A stretch of 64,000 bases of DNA from the NCBI GenBank assembly GCA_965218425.1, contig OZ244621.1:512001-576000 (forward strand). Reading direction: 5' to 3'. This stretch comes from an uncultured Candidatus Binatia bacterium. Lineage in GTDB: Bacteria > Desulfobacterota > Binatia > UBA9968 > CAXXLF01. Shown here piece after piece: positions 31,577-42,583 of the stretch; positions within the stretch are counted from its first letter, which is position 1; every line of letters starts with the position of its first letter. Under the pieces are notes generated by a model. It worked only from the letters and a program-made list of their open reading frames with translations, ran no database searches and was not told the origin of the DNA. The position numbers were made by a program, and so were the translations under genes.

Positions 31577-32218
31577 TTAAAACATCTCAATGATTTTCTG
31601 ATGCATCTTACGCGCAAACCGGTTGACTAAATCGGCTCTGGTTTCCCGACTCATGGTCTCTGTAAGCTGGACGTCCGTGAACAAAGGGATATCTGTTGCG
31701 TTCAATGTTCGCCTTTGAAAAGCGGACGAAGTGGTCACAACGGCCCCCCTGGCGCCCACGAAGGTTTCTTTAATGCGGCTACCCTCGGTACGCCACAGGA
31801 GCTCATTGGGAGAACGGCGCCGGAGGGTCATGTCCACCTCCAAAACGGCCTCATATTGCAGCACCTCGTCACTGGCGTTTACCGAGACAACGTTGGTGTC
31901 CAGGGAACGGACCACCCCGCTGAGTACGGCATCCGCCTGATCCAGTTGACTCGCGGGTCGAACCATACCCTTGCGTCGAAACTCACTTTTCAAGGCCAGG
32001 CTAATCTCTTTCTCAAGCCCCGCACTCTCACTGGAATTGACAAAATTCGCCACGTAAATGGAATTGACATTTTCGGGGAAGGCCTCCCCTTTCCCCGCGA
32101 AACGATAACCGCAACCGCTAAAGCTCAAAAAGGCAAGAAACAGCAATGCCGTAGCAGTAAAAAAACTCTCAAGGCGAATTGAATGAACTAATTGAGAACC
32201 AGCTCTGCGGCGGCTCAT
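31577..32218 (-). CDS. lptE: LPS assembly lipoprotein LptE-like
   Basis: FSGCGY lipobox, ADAVLSG; directly downstream of leuS. Confidence 0.8.
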   Translation of the reverse strand: MSRRRAGSQLVHSIRLESFFTATALLFLAFLSFSGCGYRFAGKGEAFPENVNSIYVANFVNSSESAGLEKEISLALKSEFRRKGMVRPASQLDQADAVLSGVVRSLDTNVVSVNASDEVLQYEAVLEVDMTLRRRSPNELLWRTEGSRIKETFVGARGAVVTTSSAFQRRTLNATDIPLFTDVQLTETMSRETRADLVNRFARKMHQKIIEMF

Positions 32219-32222
32219 GGCG

Positions 32223-34715
32223 TTATCCTTCCAACACGATATTGATCAGACGTCCCGGAACCCGCACGATTTTCTGTATCTTTTTATCCTTGATGAAAGC
32301 ACCGACCTTTGGATCCGCCAAGGCCTCTTTTTCGATGGATTTCTCGCCGGCGTCGACGGGAACCGAAATCCTTCCGCGGACCTTTCCATTGACCTGAATT
32401 ACGATCAGTGACGTCTCCTCTTCCAGGGCGTCCTCCGAATACTCCGGCCAACTCTTCCCTTCCAGTGAGTCTTTTTGACCCAAATCTTCCCATAGTTGAC
32501 AAGAGATGTGGGGAACGAACGGATAGAGCAGCACCACAATGGACTCCAATCCGCTTTTCACCAGCGCCGCCGTTTGTTTCTTTTTAATCTCCTTCTCGTC
32601 TATGGCGCTCAAGGAATTGAAAAGCTCCATGACCGCAGCAATGGCGGTATTAAAATGGTACCGGTTTTCAATATCGTCGGTGACCTTCTTGATGGTGCGA
32701 TGAATTTGCCGGCGCAGGTTCTTCAGGTCATCGGACACTTTACTGGAGGCATCCCCCTTTGCCTGGAGCAAGATTTTTCTTTGTTGATAGATGAAACGCC
32801 ACAACCGGTTTAGAAAGCGATAGGCCCCCTGTACCCCCTGGTCACTCCAATCCAGGTCCTTTTCCGGAGGGGCGGCAAACAGCGCAAACAGGCGTGCCGT
32901 ATCCGCGCCAAATCTTTCAATCAAGAAGTTGGGATCCACCACATTTCCCTTGGACTTGGACATCTTGGCGCCGTCCTTGATGACCATTCCCTGGGTCAGT
33001 AGGTTCGTGAATGGCTCGTTGATCCCCAACCATCCCATGTCCCTGAGCGCCTTGGTAAAGAACCGAGCATAGAGAAGGTGGAGCACCGCATGCTCAATGC
33101 CGCCGATGTATTGGTCCACAGGCAACCAGTAGGCTGTTCGTTCTTTGTTTAGTGGTGACTTGAGCTCATCCGGGGAAGCGTAGCGGGCGAAGTACCACGA
33201 AGATTCCACGAAGGTATCCATGGTATCGGTCTCTCTCCTGGCGATTCCCTTGCACTTCGGACAGCTCACCTGGAAGAACTCCGGATGGTTGGCCAGTGGC
33301 GACCCCCCTTCTCTAGACAACTCGATGTCTTTGGGTAGAACTACCGGGAGATCCTCCTCGGGAACCGGAACAACCCCACAGGCATCACAGTAAATGATGG
33401 GTATGGGCGTCCCCCAATAACGTTGCCGCGAGATTCCCCAGTCCCTCAACCGATAACGAACCGTCCCCTTCCCCCATCCCTTCCCTTCGAGAAAAGCGGC
33501 AATCTTCTCTCGTGCCTCCCCACTCTCAAAGCCCGAGAAGTGATCGCTGTTCTCCAAAACGCCTTCGTCCACATAGGCCTCGGCCAGGTGGGCCACCTCC
33601 GGCAGCTCCGCTGCCTCGGGTTGAACCACGATCCGCACCGGCAATCCGTACTTGTCGGCAAACTCAAAGTCTCGCTGATCATGGGCCGGCACACCCATGA
33701 CCGCTCCAGTGCCATACTCCATGAGAACAAAATTCGCGACATAGATGGGAATATTCTCTTCGCTGAAGGGGTTGTAGCAGTAGGCTCCGGTAAAGACCCC
33801 CTCCTTCTCATAATCAGGTTCTTCCCTTTGAGCCTGGTTTACTTTTTTCATCTCTTGGATGAATTCCCTTACCCCCCTCTCCTCGTTCTTGCCACGGGAG
33901 AGGTCCAGGGCCAAGGGATGCTCCGGGGCGATGGAAACAAAGGTGGCACCGTAGACCGTATCCTGGCGGGTGGTAAAGACCGACAGATTCCCCCTTTTTC
34001 TTTCTTCCAAAGGAAATTTGATCTCAGCCCCAAGAGATCTTCCGATCCAGTTGCGTTGCATGGTGAGGACCTTTTCGGGCCAACCCGTGAGGGTATCGCA
34101 ATCCTGGAGCAACTCATCCGCGTATTGTGTGATTCGGAAGAACCATTGATCCAGCTTTTTGGTCCCAACCTCATGCTCGCACCGCCAGCATCGGCCCTCT
34201 TCCACCTGCTCATTGGCCAGCACCGTTTGACAGTGGTCACACCAGTTGACCGTGGATAATTTCTTGTAGGCCAATCCCCGTTTGAACATCTCCAGGAAAA
34301 AAAGCTGCTCCCAGCGGTAATACCCTTCTTCACAGGTGGCGAATTCCCTGTCCCAGTCGTAGCTGAACCCCATTTCCTTCAGCTGCTGGCGCATGGTGGC
34401 GATATTTTCCATGGTCCATTTGGCCGGATGTATTCCCCGTTCGATGGCCGCGTTCTCCGCGGGTAGTCCGAAGGCGTCCCACCCCATTGGATGCAGCACG
34501 TTGTACCCCCGCATCCTCTTATAGCGGGCAATAACATCGCCGATGGAATAATTTCGCACATGGCCCATGTGTATTTCGCCGGAAGGATAAGGAAACATCT
34601 CCAGAAGGTAGCACTTGGGAAGATTAGAGCCCTCTGTCACCCGGAAGCTCCTGTTTTCCTCCCAGACCTTCTGCCATCTCCGTTCGATTTTTTCGGGTTG
34701 GTATTTTTCGTCCAT
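32223..34715 (-). CDS. leuS: Leucyl-tRNA synthetase
   Basis: [29 protein letters not shown]. Confidence 0.98.
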   Translation of the reverse strand: MDEKYQPEKIERRWQKVWEENRSFRVTEGSNLPKCYLLEMFPYPSGEIHMGHVRNYSIGDVIARYKRMRGYNVLHPMGWDAFGLPAENAAIERGIHPAKWTMENIATMRQQLKEMGFSYDWDREFATCEEGYYRWEQLFFLEMFKRGLAYKKLSTVNWCDHCQTVLANEQVEEGRCWRCEHEVGTKKLDQWFFRITQYADELLQDCDTLTGWPEKVLTMQRNWIGRSLGAEIKFPLEERKRGNLSVFTTRQDTVYGATFVSIAPEHPLALDLSRGKNEERGVREFIQEMKKVNQAQREEPDYEKEGVFTGAYCYNPFSEENIPIYVANFVLMEYGTGAVMGVPAHDQRDFEFADKYGLPVRIVVQPEAAELPEVAHLAEAYVDEGVLENSDHFSGFESGEAREKIAAFLEGKGWGKGTVRYRLRDWGISRQRYWGTPIPIIYCDACGVVPVPEEDLPVVLPKDIELSREGGSPLANHPEFFQVSCPKCKGIARRETDTMDTFVESSWYFARYASPDELKSPLNKERTAYWLPVDQYIGGIEHAVLHLLYARFFTKALRDMGWLGINEPFTNLLTQGMVIKDGAKMSKSKGNVVDPNFLIERFGADTARLFALFAAPPEKDLDWSDQGVQGAYRFLNRLWRFIYQQRKILLQAKGDASSKVSDDLKNLRRQIHRTIKKVTDDIENRYHFNTAIAAVMELFNSLSAIDEKEIKKKQTAALVKSGLESIVVLLYPFVPHISCQLWEDLGQKDSLEGKSWPEYSEDALEEETSLIVIQVNGKVRGRISVPVDAGEKSIEKEALADPKVGAFIKDKKIQKIVRVPGRLINIVLEG

Positions 34716-34745
34716 GGCTTGACCTGTGCCTACCTGGAGTTGAAT

Positions 34746-35165
34746 TTAGAGCTGTTCTTTGGTCCCGCCTGACGCGGCCACATGGTCCAGCACACCGTTG
34801 ATGAATGTGGCCGAATCCTCTGAGCTGAAGCGCTTGCTGACCTCAATGGCCTCATCGATGCTAACATTGAGGGGGATATCAGGACAGAATAATAGTTCAT
34901 AGCTAGCCAAGCGTAAGATGGCGAGATCCACTTTGGGCATTCGACTAAGCTTCCAATTGTCAGTGGATTGTTCAATGAGTTGGTCGATCTCTTCCCGATG
35001 CATGACCACTCCGGCGACCAAGCGGCGGGCGAACTCTCTCGCTTTGACGTTTCCTTCAAAGTAGCTCCAAAAGAGTTCCAGCGGCGCCGAGGAGGCGTCC
35101 CCGGTGATTTCAATCTGATAAAGAACCTGTAGGGCAAGTTCTCTACCTCTGCGCCTAATACCCAT
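34746..35165 (-). CDS. nusB: Transcription antitermination factor NusB
   Basis: RRRGRELALQVLY, DEAIE, FINGVLD. Confidence 0.96.
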   Translation of the reverse strand: MGIRRRGRELALQVLYQIEITGDASSAPLELFWSYFEGNVKAREFARRLVAGVVMHREEIDQLIEQSTDNWKLSRMPKVDLAILRLASYELLFCPDIPLNVSIDEAIEVSKRFSSEDSATFINGVLDHVAASGGTKEQL

Positions 35166-35242
35166 AACAATTCAATGACCGATACCTTTGCCTCGACCCG
35201 GCGCAACCCCACCAGGCTGAGCAAAGGATGAAGTTGACACTT

Positions 35243-35707
35243 CTATGAAATTTCTTTTTCCAGGCAGACCATCTCGATGGCCGTCAGCGCCGCTTCGTAT
35301 CCCTTATTATCTAATTCTTTGCCTGCCCGTTCAATGGCCTGTTCTACGGTGTAGGTGGTAAGAACACCAAATGCGATGGGAATCCGATGCTCCATCATGG
35401 CGCGGCCAATCCCCCTGGTAACCTCTCCCGAAATATACTCGAAGTGAGCCGTCTCACCCTTGATCACGGCGCCCAGACAAATCAACGCATCGTATTTTCC
35501 GCTGGCTGCCATCTTGGCAGCCAGAAGGGGGATTTCAAATGAGCCAGGGACCCGTACCACTTCGATATTGTTGTCTTCACACCCATGCTGCTTCAAGGCT
35601 TCCAGAGCGCCATCCAGGAGCTTATCGGTGACGAAATCATTGAAGCGGCTTGCAATGATGCCGAACTTCAATCCCGCTGCATGGAGTTTGGCCTCAATGA
35701 CCCTCAT
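35243..35707 (-). CDS. ribH: 6,7-dimethyl-8-ribityllumazine synthase
   Basis: SRFN, VPGSFEIP, GETAHFEY, FGVLT, QAIERAG. Confidence 0.97.
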   Translation of the reverse strand: MRVIEAKLHAAGLKFGIIASRFNDFVTDKLLDGALEALKQHGCEDNNIEVVRVPGSFEIPLLAAKMAASGKYDALICLGAVIKGETAHFEYISGEVTRGIGRAMMEHRIPIAFGVLTTYTVEQAIERAGKELDNKGYEAALTAIEMVCLEKEIS

Positions 35708-35732
35708 GTTCGTCCACAGTCGGGATAAAACC

Positions 35733-36956
35733 CTACTTTTCGTGATTGGCCTGCACCTTGGACAGAAGATGGCCCAACTTTTCCTGCTTCGTACGAAGAT
35801 AACCGATGTTGGACTTATGCGGAGTAATTTCTATGGGGACCCGCTCAGCCACGGTGATACCGTAACCCTGAAGTCCGATAATTTTTTGCGGGTTATTGGT
35901 TAGCAGTCTCAACTTCTCGATTCCTAAATCCCGCAAGATCTGGGCGCCGATGCCATAGTCCCGAAGGTCTTCTTTAAAACCCAACTCGATATTGGCCTCC
36001 ACGGTGTCCATGCCCTGGTCTTGGAGAGCATAGGCCTTGATCTTATTGGTCAACCCGATGCCCCTCCCCTCCTGGTTCATGTAAACCAGCACACCCTTTC
36101 CTGTTTCGCTGATCAATTTGAGTGATTGGAAGATCTGATCCCCGCAATCGCAGCGTTCCGACCCAAAGACATCCCCGGTGAGGCACTCCGAGTGCATCCG
36201 TACCATGACGTTTCCCCTGGTTGGGATTTCTCCCTTGATCAGAGCCAGGTGTTCATTCGCATCCACGTTGGTTCGATAGGAAATGGCTTTGAAACTGCCA
36301 TGAACCGTATTAAAGACGGATTCTCCCATTCGCTTGACCAAGAACTCGCTGCGCAGCCGATAGGCAACTAGATCCGCCACCGAGACGATCTTCAGGTTGT
36401 GCTTGGATGCGAGTTTTTTAAGATCGGGCATCAAGGCAACGGCCCCGGCTTCTGTTAAGATCCGGCTAATGACCCCTGCCGGCTGTAATCCGCAAAGACG
36501 TGCAAGGTCCACCGACGCCTCTGTGTGCCCCGTCCTCACCAGGACTCCCCCGGTGCGAGTCTTGGCGGGAAATACATTGCCCGGCACTCTCAGGTCGCTG
36601 GGTTTGGCTCCCACACGCACAGCGGTCTTAATGGTTTCGGCCCTGCCTGCAGCCGAGACACCAAAACCGGAAACGCTCTTGGCGTCGATGGGAACCCCAA
36701 TGGGCGCGCTTAGCGCAGGCACATTGGGCTGGGCCGGTATGAGAATACCCAGCTCCTTCATCTTTTCTTCTGTCAAGGTCAGATAGATAATCCCGCCGCG
36801 GCCCCGGCTGAGGATAAAATTGATGGCCTCTGGGGTTACCTTGTCACTGGCGATGAAAAACGTACCATCACTTTCCGGAGAGTCCTCGTCCACCAGGATA
36901 ACGATGTCGCCCTCACACAGCGATTTTAAGGTTTCCTCAATGGATGACATGGTCAC
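35733..36956 (-). CDS. ribBA: RibBA-architecture protein: intact GTP cyclohydrolase II with a degenerate DHBP synthase domain
   Basis: [19 protein letters not shown] and QEGRGIG intact; RibB motifs altered (see findings). Confidence 0.92.
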   Translation of the reverse strand: MTMSSIEETLKSLCEGDIVILVDEDSPESDGTFFIASDKVTPEAINFILSRGRGGIIYLTLTEEKMKELGILIPAQPNVPALSAPIGVPIDAKSVSGFGVSAAGRAETIKTAVRVGAKPSDLRVPGNVFPAKTRTGGVLVRTGHTEASVDLARLCGLQPAGVISRILTEAGAVALMPDLKKLASKHNLKIVSVADLVAYRLRSEFLVKRMGESVFNTVHGSFKAISYRTNVDANEHLALIKGEIPTRGNVMVRMHSECLTGDVFGSERCDCGDQIFQSLKLISETGKGVLVYMNQEGRGIGLTNKIKAYALQDQGMDTVEANIELGFKEDLRDYGIGAQILRDLGIEKLRLLTNNPQKIIGLQGYGITVAERVPIEITPHKSNIGYLRTKQEKLGHLLSKVQANHEK

Positions 36957-36959
36957 GGT

Positions 36960-37604
36960 TCAATCCTCGCTGTCCGGAATCGATTTGTTGGCAAATCGCT
37001 CGGATTTACTTGATTTGCCCGGCTTGATAAGTTGCTGGACGTACTTTCCAATCAGGTCTGTTTCGATATTGACCTTATCACCAACCCTACGCCTGTGCAA
37101 ATTAGTGTGCTGGAGGGTAAACGGAATGATAGCAATGGAAAAACACTGGTTTGCACACTCATTGACCGTCAAACTGATCCCATCCAAGGCAACGGAACCT
37201 TTGGGCACCAGCATCCGATAGATGGGCTTGGGAACCCTCAACTCAAGGAAAGTAAACTCTTCCCGCTCTTGAATGGCCTTCACCGTCCCTATCCCATCCA
37301 CATGCCCGGTAACCAGATGACCCCCAAGACGGTCCATTAATCTGAGGGGTCGCTCAAGGTTTATGGGATCCCCAACCTTTACTCCGTTCAGATTAGTTTT
37401 TTCCAGGGTCTCGGGTGAAACATCCACCGTTAGACGCCCCTTGGATCTGGTCACAACGGTTAGACAGGTACCGTTGACCGCGATGGAGGAGCCCAATTTG
37501 ATATCCCGCCCCGGGAGATGGGTACTGAAGGTGAGCTTTCCCGCCCTTTTGCCGATTTGCCATCGGTTAACCTTACCCACGTCTTCAATGAGCCCGGTAA
37601 ACAT
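36960..37604 (-). CDS. ribE: Riboflavin synthase
   Basis: MFTGL, NGTCLT, GGHLVTGHVD, DGISLT. Confidence 0.96.
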   Translation of the reverse strand: MFTGLIEDVGKVNRWQIGKRAGKLTFSTHLPGRDIKLGSSIAVNGTCLTVVTRSKGRLTVDVSPETLEKTNLNGVKVGDPINLERPLRLMDRLGGHLVTGHVDGIGTVKAIQEREEFTFLELRVPKPIYRMLVPKGSVALDGISLTVNECANQCFSIAIIPFTLQHTNLHRRRVGDKVNIETDLIGKYVQQLIKPGKSSKSERFANKSIPDSED

Positions 37605-37752
37605 TGTTCTTCGTTAATCGTTAAAGGCCAATGGTTGATGGTTACACGTTAATTGATTATCCGTCTCAAACACTTGATGGTTGATTCTTCCTCTTATTAG
37701 TTTAATCTTTTGCCTTTTTACTATTCCCTTTTTAGTCTTTTTTCCCAACTTT

Positions 37753-38850
37753 TTACTTCTTTATATATCCCGTGACCATTATATCCTGGCCGAATCTCTT
37801 CGTCTCCATATCCTTTACGATCTTGCTGCGGACCATCTTGCTGATTCCCAGACCGTCCACCATGTCCCTGCCCTCGCCGCCAATGATCTTGGGTGCATAG
37901 AAAAACACCACTTGATCCACTACCCCTTCCTTCAGGGCCCGTGCCGCAGTGCCCCCTCCCCCTTCAATCATAACACTCAGGAATCCCAACCGACCCAACC
38001 TCTTTAAGAGAGCAGAAAAGGGAATCCATCCCCCACGCAATGGGAAACGCCAAACCTCGGCGCCGGTTTTTTCGATCCCCTTGGCCTTCTCTGCCGAGGC
38101 ACGAGGGCCGGCGGCTACGATGGTCCTTTCGGGATTGCGCTGACGGAGCAGATTGGCGCCGGTAGGGATCCTTAGCCGTCCATCCAGCACCACCCTGAAT
38201 GGATCACGACCCTTCGAGATACGGCAGGTGAGCTTTGGATTGTCGGCAAGCACCGTACCGATGCCAACCACCACAGCATCCACTCGGTCACGCAATCGGT
38301 GAACGTAATCCCGCGCGGCTTCCCCGGTGACCCACTGGGAATCCCCCGTGGAGGTAGCGATCTTGCCGTCCAAAGTAGCCGCTAGTTTTAGAATGACGAA
38401 TGGAACGTGATGGCGAATATGTTTGATGAAGGCCTGGTTAAGCCTTCGACATTCACTCTCGAGGACCCCCACTCGAACCTGGATTCCCGCCCGGCGAAGC
38501 CTTTTGATCCCCCTACCCGACACCCGTGGATTGGGATCCACCATCCCAACCACCACATGCTTCACCCCAGACTGGATCAGGACCGGCGTGCAAGGTGGGG
38601 TCCGACCCTGATGGGTGCAGGGTTCAAAGTTAAGGTACAGAGTGGCCCCGCGAGCCCGTTTGCCTGCGCGTTTGAGGGCAGCAATTTCTGCATGATCACC
38701 CCCAGCGCGTCGATGGTAACCCTTGCCCACGATCTTCCCCCCGCGCACCACCACTGCTCCCACCATTGGATTAGGACTCGTCCTACCTGCACCCTTGAGG
38801 GCCAAGCCAAGGGCCAAGCGCATGTACCGTTCATGGAGATCATCTCCCAT
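37753..38850 (-). CDS. ribD: Bifunctional pyrimidine deaminase/reductase
   Basis: PNPMVG, HAE, EPC.H.GRTPPC, LDGKIA, IEGG. Confidence 0.96.
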   Translation of the reverse strand: MGDDLHERYMRLALGLALKGAGRTSPNPMVGAVVVRGGKIVGKGYHRRAGGDHAEIAALKRAGKRARGATLYLNFEPCTHQGRTPPCTPVLIQSGVKHVVVGMVDPNPRVSGRGIKRLRRAGIQVRVGVLESECRRLNQAFIKHIRHHVPFVILKLAATLDGKIATSTGDSQWVTGEAARDYVHRLRDRVDAVVVGIGTVLADNPKLTCRISKGRDPFRVVLDGRLRIPTGANLLRQRNPERTIVAAGPRASAEKAKGIEKTGAEVWRFPLRGGWIPFSALLKRLGRLGFLSVMIEGGGGTAARALKEGVVDQVVFFYAPKIIGGEGRDMVDGLGISKMVRSKIVKDMETKRFGQDIMVTGYIKK

Positions 38851-38867
38851 TCGGAAAACCGAGTCCC

Positions 38868-39371
38868 CTAACCCTTTTTCTGGGCGCGGGCCCCCTGCTT
38901 CCCAAGGCTCAACCCCTTGCGCTCCTTAAGCAGTTCTTCCAATTCCACCATGAACTCACCGATATCCTTGAAGGAACGGTAAACAGATGCGAAGCGAACA
39001 TAGGCCACCGGATCGATATCGTGGAGTTCCCGCATTGCCGACTCACCGATGATGGCGCTCTGGATTTCCTTTTCTCCCCGCTCCTGGAGTCCCCGCTCAA
39101 TGCGGTCGGCGGCGGTCTCAATGGTGTTGATACTAACAGGCCGCTTTTCACAGGCCCTCTTTAGGCCGTTAACGATCTTCATACGATCGTATGTCTCCCG
39201 TCGTCCATCCTTCTTCACCACCAGGGGCATGGTTTCCTCCACCCTCTCATAGGTGGTAAATCGCCGGGTGCACTTGGGACACTCACGCCGACGACGAACC
39301 ATGTCGCCGTCCTTACTGAGTCGGGAGTCGATCACTCGATTATCAAGTTCATGGCAAAAGGGACACTTCAC
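38868..39371 (-). CDS. nrdR: Transcriptional repressor NrdR
   Basis: MKCPFC, RRRREC..C..RFTTYE, ATP cone, AYVRFASVY. Confidence 0.97.
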   Translation of the reverse strand: MKCPFCHELDNRVIDSRLSKDGDMVRRRRECPKCTRRFTTYERVEETMPLVVKKDGRRETYDRMKIVNGLKRACEKRPVSINTIETAADRIERGLQERGEKEIQSAIIGESAMRELHDIDPVAYVRFASVYRSFKDIGEFMVELEELLKERKGLSLGKQGARAQKKG

Positions 39372-39609
39372 CGTTCCATAACCTCAGCACGATTCACAAA
39401 AGAATAAATTCAACAAAGCTCATCCCGCCAAGACGCTACGGAAACTAGTCGGCAGTTAGCAGGACGCAGTAAGCACATCTGAATTTAGAGAACCCCGGCG
39501 TAATAGTTCATTCCCTACTGCTTGCTGCCATCCGCTCGCTGTCACCTGGTTTCGCTTCGTCCTTTGCGCCTTAGCGCGAGTTATCTCTTTCCCGACGTAT
39601 GACAGCTTA

Positions 39610-40863
39610 TTAATCCTTCCCCAACCTGTGGGGATAGACCGGAAAGCCTTTGCAAAATTCCCGCACATCATCACCGATGGATTTGAGCGCGCCGTCGTCT
39701 GCCACACGACTCAAGGCGTTGGAGATAAACCCGGCAATGGTGTCCATCTCCTTCTCCTTCATTCCGCGGCTGGTTACCGCTGGCGTCCCGATCCGGACAC
39801 CGCTGGTGACAAAGGGTGAGCGGGTCTCAAAGGGGACGGTGTTCTTGTTCACCGTAATCCGTGCCTTGTCCAACGCCTCCTGGGCCACCTTTCCCGTCAA
39901 CTCCGATTTGCGCAGGTCCAACAGCATCAGGTGGTTGTCCGTGCCACCCGAGGTGAGACGAAACCCTCTTGTCATCAACGCTGCCGCAAGGACCTTGGCG
40001 TTTTTTGTGATCTGTTCCTGGTAGGCTTTGAACCCCGGCGCCAATGCCTCTTTAAAGGCCACCGCCTTAGCAGCGATAACATGCATGAGGGGGCCTCCCT
40101 GGAGTCCGGGAAACACCTTACTGTTGATGGCCTTCGCGTGCTCTTCCCGACACAGGATCATCCCCCCCCGTGGGCCCCTCAAGGTCTTGTGGGTCGTGGT
40201 GGTGACGAAATCCGCATAGGGCACCGGGCTCGGGTGCTGTCCGCCAGCCACGAGCCCTGCAATGTGCGCCATGTCCACCATGAGACGGGCTCCCACCTCG
40301 TCCGCAATCTCGCGAAACTTTTTGTAGTTCAGTATTCGGGGGTAGGCGCTCGCTCCAGCGATAATGAGCCGTGGGCGATGCTCCCGCGCAAGCTTTTTCA
40401 GATTGTCGTAATCGATGGTTTCCGTATCTTCTCCAACCCCATAGGGGACGACTTTGTAAATCATCCCTGAGAAGTTCACTGGACTTCCCATGGACAGGTG
40501 GCCACCATGGGCGAGGTTCATACCAAGATAGGTATCCCCCGGGTTCAGCACCGTAAGATAGACCGCCATGTTGGCCTGTGTGCCGGAGTGGGGCTGAACG
40601 TTTGCGTGGTCGGCTCCAAAGAGCTCCTTTGCTCTGGAGATGGCCAGGTCCTCCACCAGGTCATGAAACTCACACCCTCCATAATACCTCCGCCCCGGAT
40701 ACCCCTCCGCATACTTGTTCGTCATCACCGAACCCTGAGCCTCCAGAACCGCCTCACTGACCACGTTCTCCGACGCGATCAGCTCGAGGTTGGACTCCAG
40801 CCGCTTGGTTTCGTTCCGAACGGCATTAAACACTTCCGCGTCTGCCTGCTTAAGAAAAGACAT
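39610..40863 (-). CDS. glyA: Serine hydroxymethyltransferase
   Basis: [27 protein letters not shown]. Confidence 0.98.
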   Translation of the reverse strand: MSFLKQADAEVFNAVRNETKRLESNLELIASENVVSEAVLEAQGSVMTNKYAEGYPGRRYYGGCEFHDLVEDLAISRAKELFGADHANVQPHSGTQANMAVYLTVLNPGDTYLGMNLAHGGHLSMGSPVNFSGMIYKVVPYGVGEDTETIDYDNLKKLAREHRPRLIIAGASAYPRILNYKKFREIADEVGARLMVDMAHIAGLVAGGQHPSPVPYADFVTTTTHKTLRGPRGGMILCREEHAKAINSKVFPGLQGGPLMHVIAAKAVAFKEALAPGFKAYQEQITKNAKVLAAALMTRGFRLTSGGTDNHLMLLDLRKSELTGKVAQEALDKARITVNKNTVPFETRSPFVTSGVRIGTPAVTSRGMKEKEMDTIAGFISNALSRVADDGALKSIGDDVREFCKGFPVYPHRLGKD

Positions 40864-40950
40864 ACTTTAAATAGATTCCTCCTCTATCAATATGGGTGCG
40901 GAGATCCGAAACCTGAAGGGGTAGAGCCGTTCTCTGGCTTCAGCTCTCGT

Positions 40951-41409
40951 CTAGTCTTTGACCTGAGTCCCGAGCTCGTGCTCCACTTGCGTAATCTTAT
41001 CCACGCGGCGCTGATGTCGGCCCCCGGCAAATTGGGTTTGCAGCCAACACTCCAAGATCTGTTCAGCCACGGGTTTTGCCGTTGCGCCACCGCCGAGAAC
41101 CAGGATATTCGAATCGTTGTGTTCTCGACTCATCTGGGCCTCTGAGGGATCATGCACCAACGCAGCCCGGACACCGGGAAACTTGTTTGCCAGTATGGAC
41201 ATCCCGATGCCAGAGGTACAGACCAAAATCCCACGCTCCGCGCGCCCCTTCGATACCTCCAGGGACACCAAACGACCGTAATCCGGATAATCTACGGACG
41301 TTTTGTCGTTGGTTCCCATATCCACCACTTCCATCCCTCTGGATTGAAGGACATAGACCAAATGATCCTTCAATTCCAGTCCCCCGTGGTCACAACCAAC
41401 GGCAATCAT
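40951..41409 (-). CDS. rpiB: Ribose-5-phosphate isomerase B
   Basis: DHGG, VDYPD, CTSGIGM, HNDSN, GGRHQRR. Confidence 0.95.
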   Translation of the reverse strand: MIAVGCDHGGLELKDHLVYVLQSRGMEVVDMGTNDKTSVDYPDYGRLVSLEVSKGRAERGILVCTSGIGMSILANKFPGVRAALVHDPSEAQMSREHNDSNILVLGGGATAKPVAEQILECWLQTQFAGGRHQRRVDKITQVEHELGTQVKD

Positions 41410-41436
41410 AAACGTCAGCTCTTAAAGTCTCTCCAT

Positions 41437-41482
41437 AAAAAAATCGCAGAAGCCTGGCTTTCGCCACGGTGACTCCTGCGAT
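41437..41482 (-). terminator. Rho-independent terminator downstream of acpP
   Basis: Minus strand ATCGCAGGAGTC..TGGC-GAAA-GCCA..GGCTTCTGCGAT followed by a T run. Confidence 0.7.
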
Positions 41483-41568
41483 GTGTTCCTAAACTGATTA
41501 GTAAATACCTTGCCGCACCCGTGGTTCGGCACTTACCCCTAGGTCTCCCGTGTAAAATGACGGTGTTT

Positions 41569-41805
41569 TTACTTGTGACCCTCGATATAAGTGACAACAT
41601 CCTGAACGGTCTTGATCTTTTCGGCGTCCTCGTCGGAGATTTCCATCTCGTATTCCTCCTCCAAGGCCATTACCAGCTCAACGATATCCAGGGAGTCAGC
41701 CCCTAAATCGTCTATGAACGAGGCCTGCGGCGTAACTTCCTGGTCACTCACACCCAGTTGCTCACAGACAATCTCTTTAATCCTAGTTTCCACCGTTGCT
41801 GCCAT
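41569..41805 (-). CDS. acpP: Acyl carrier protein
   Basis: [18 protein letters not shown]. Confidence 0.97.
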   Translation of the reverse strand: MAATVETRIKEIVCEQLGVSDQEVTPQASFIDDLGADSLDIVELVMALEEEYEMEISDEDAEKIKTVQDVVTYIEGHK

Positions 41806-41833
41806 CGCTCTCACCTCCTATACAACTTTTTCC

Positions 41834-42583
41834 TTACATGTACAGTCCGCCATTCACATTGATCACCTGTCCTGTGATGTAACTGGCACCAGGACCCACC
41901 AAAAAACAGACTGTCTCTGCCACATCCTCCCTGGTACCAAACCGGGACAATGGAATGGTTTGCAAAAAAGACTGCTGAAGCTCGGGGTTGAGTTTAGCAG
42001 TCATTTCAGTATCAATAAACCCCGGCGCCACTGCATTTACTGTAATCCCGCGAGACGCCACCTCGCGAGCCATGGACTTGGTAAACCCGATAATCCCGGC
42101 CTTCGTTGATGCGTAGATGGATTGTCCTGCATTGCCAATCTGTCCTACCACGGACGTCAGGTTGGCAATTCGGCCGTATCGTTTGCGAATCATACCCCGA
42201 CAAACGGACTTGGTACAGTGAAAGGTCCCTTTTAGGTTTACACCAAGGACCCGATCCCATTCCTTAGCGCTGGCACGTACCAAGAGACTGTCGGAGGTGA
42301 GACCCGCGTTGTTGACTAGAATATCAATTTTTTTATGCCGGTCAACGATTTTCTTCACCGCTCCCTCCACCTGGTCTTCCTGGGCCACGTCGAAGGCGCA
42401 GAGCTCACCTGAGCCCCCTGCGCTCACCACGTCGTGAAGGGACTCCTCAGCGGCCCCTTTATTTTCCCTGTAGTTAACAACAACCTGGGCCCCACGTCTA
42501 CCTATGGCCAATACAATGGCCCTCCCGATCCCCCGGCTTCCACCAGTGACCAATGCCACCTGACCTTTTAGAGTCATGTCCAT
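41834..42583 (-). CDS. fabG: 3-oxoacyl-ACP reductase
   Basis: TGGSRGIG, NNAG, YASTK; fab operon context. Confidence 0.93.
   Translation of the reverse strand: MDMTLKGQVALVTGGSRGIGRAIVLAIGRRGAQVVVNYRENKGAAEESLHDVVSAGGSGELCAFDVAQEDQVEGAVKKIVDRHKKIDILVNNAGLTSDSLLVRASAKEWDRVLGVNLKGTFHCTKSVCRGMIRKRYGRIANLTSVVGQIGNAGQSIYASTKAGIIGFTKSMAREVASRGITVNAVAPGFIDTEMTAKLNPELQQSFLQTIPLSRFGTREDVAETVCFLVGPGASYITGQVINVNGGLYM

Noticed and set aside
38851..39609. FMN riboswitch upstream of the rib genes
   Set aside because: No RFN consensus words were recognisable in the spacers
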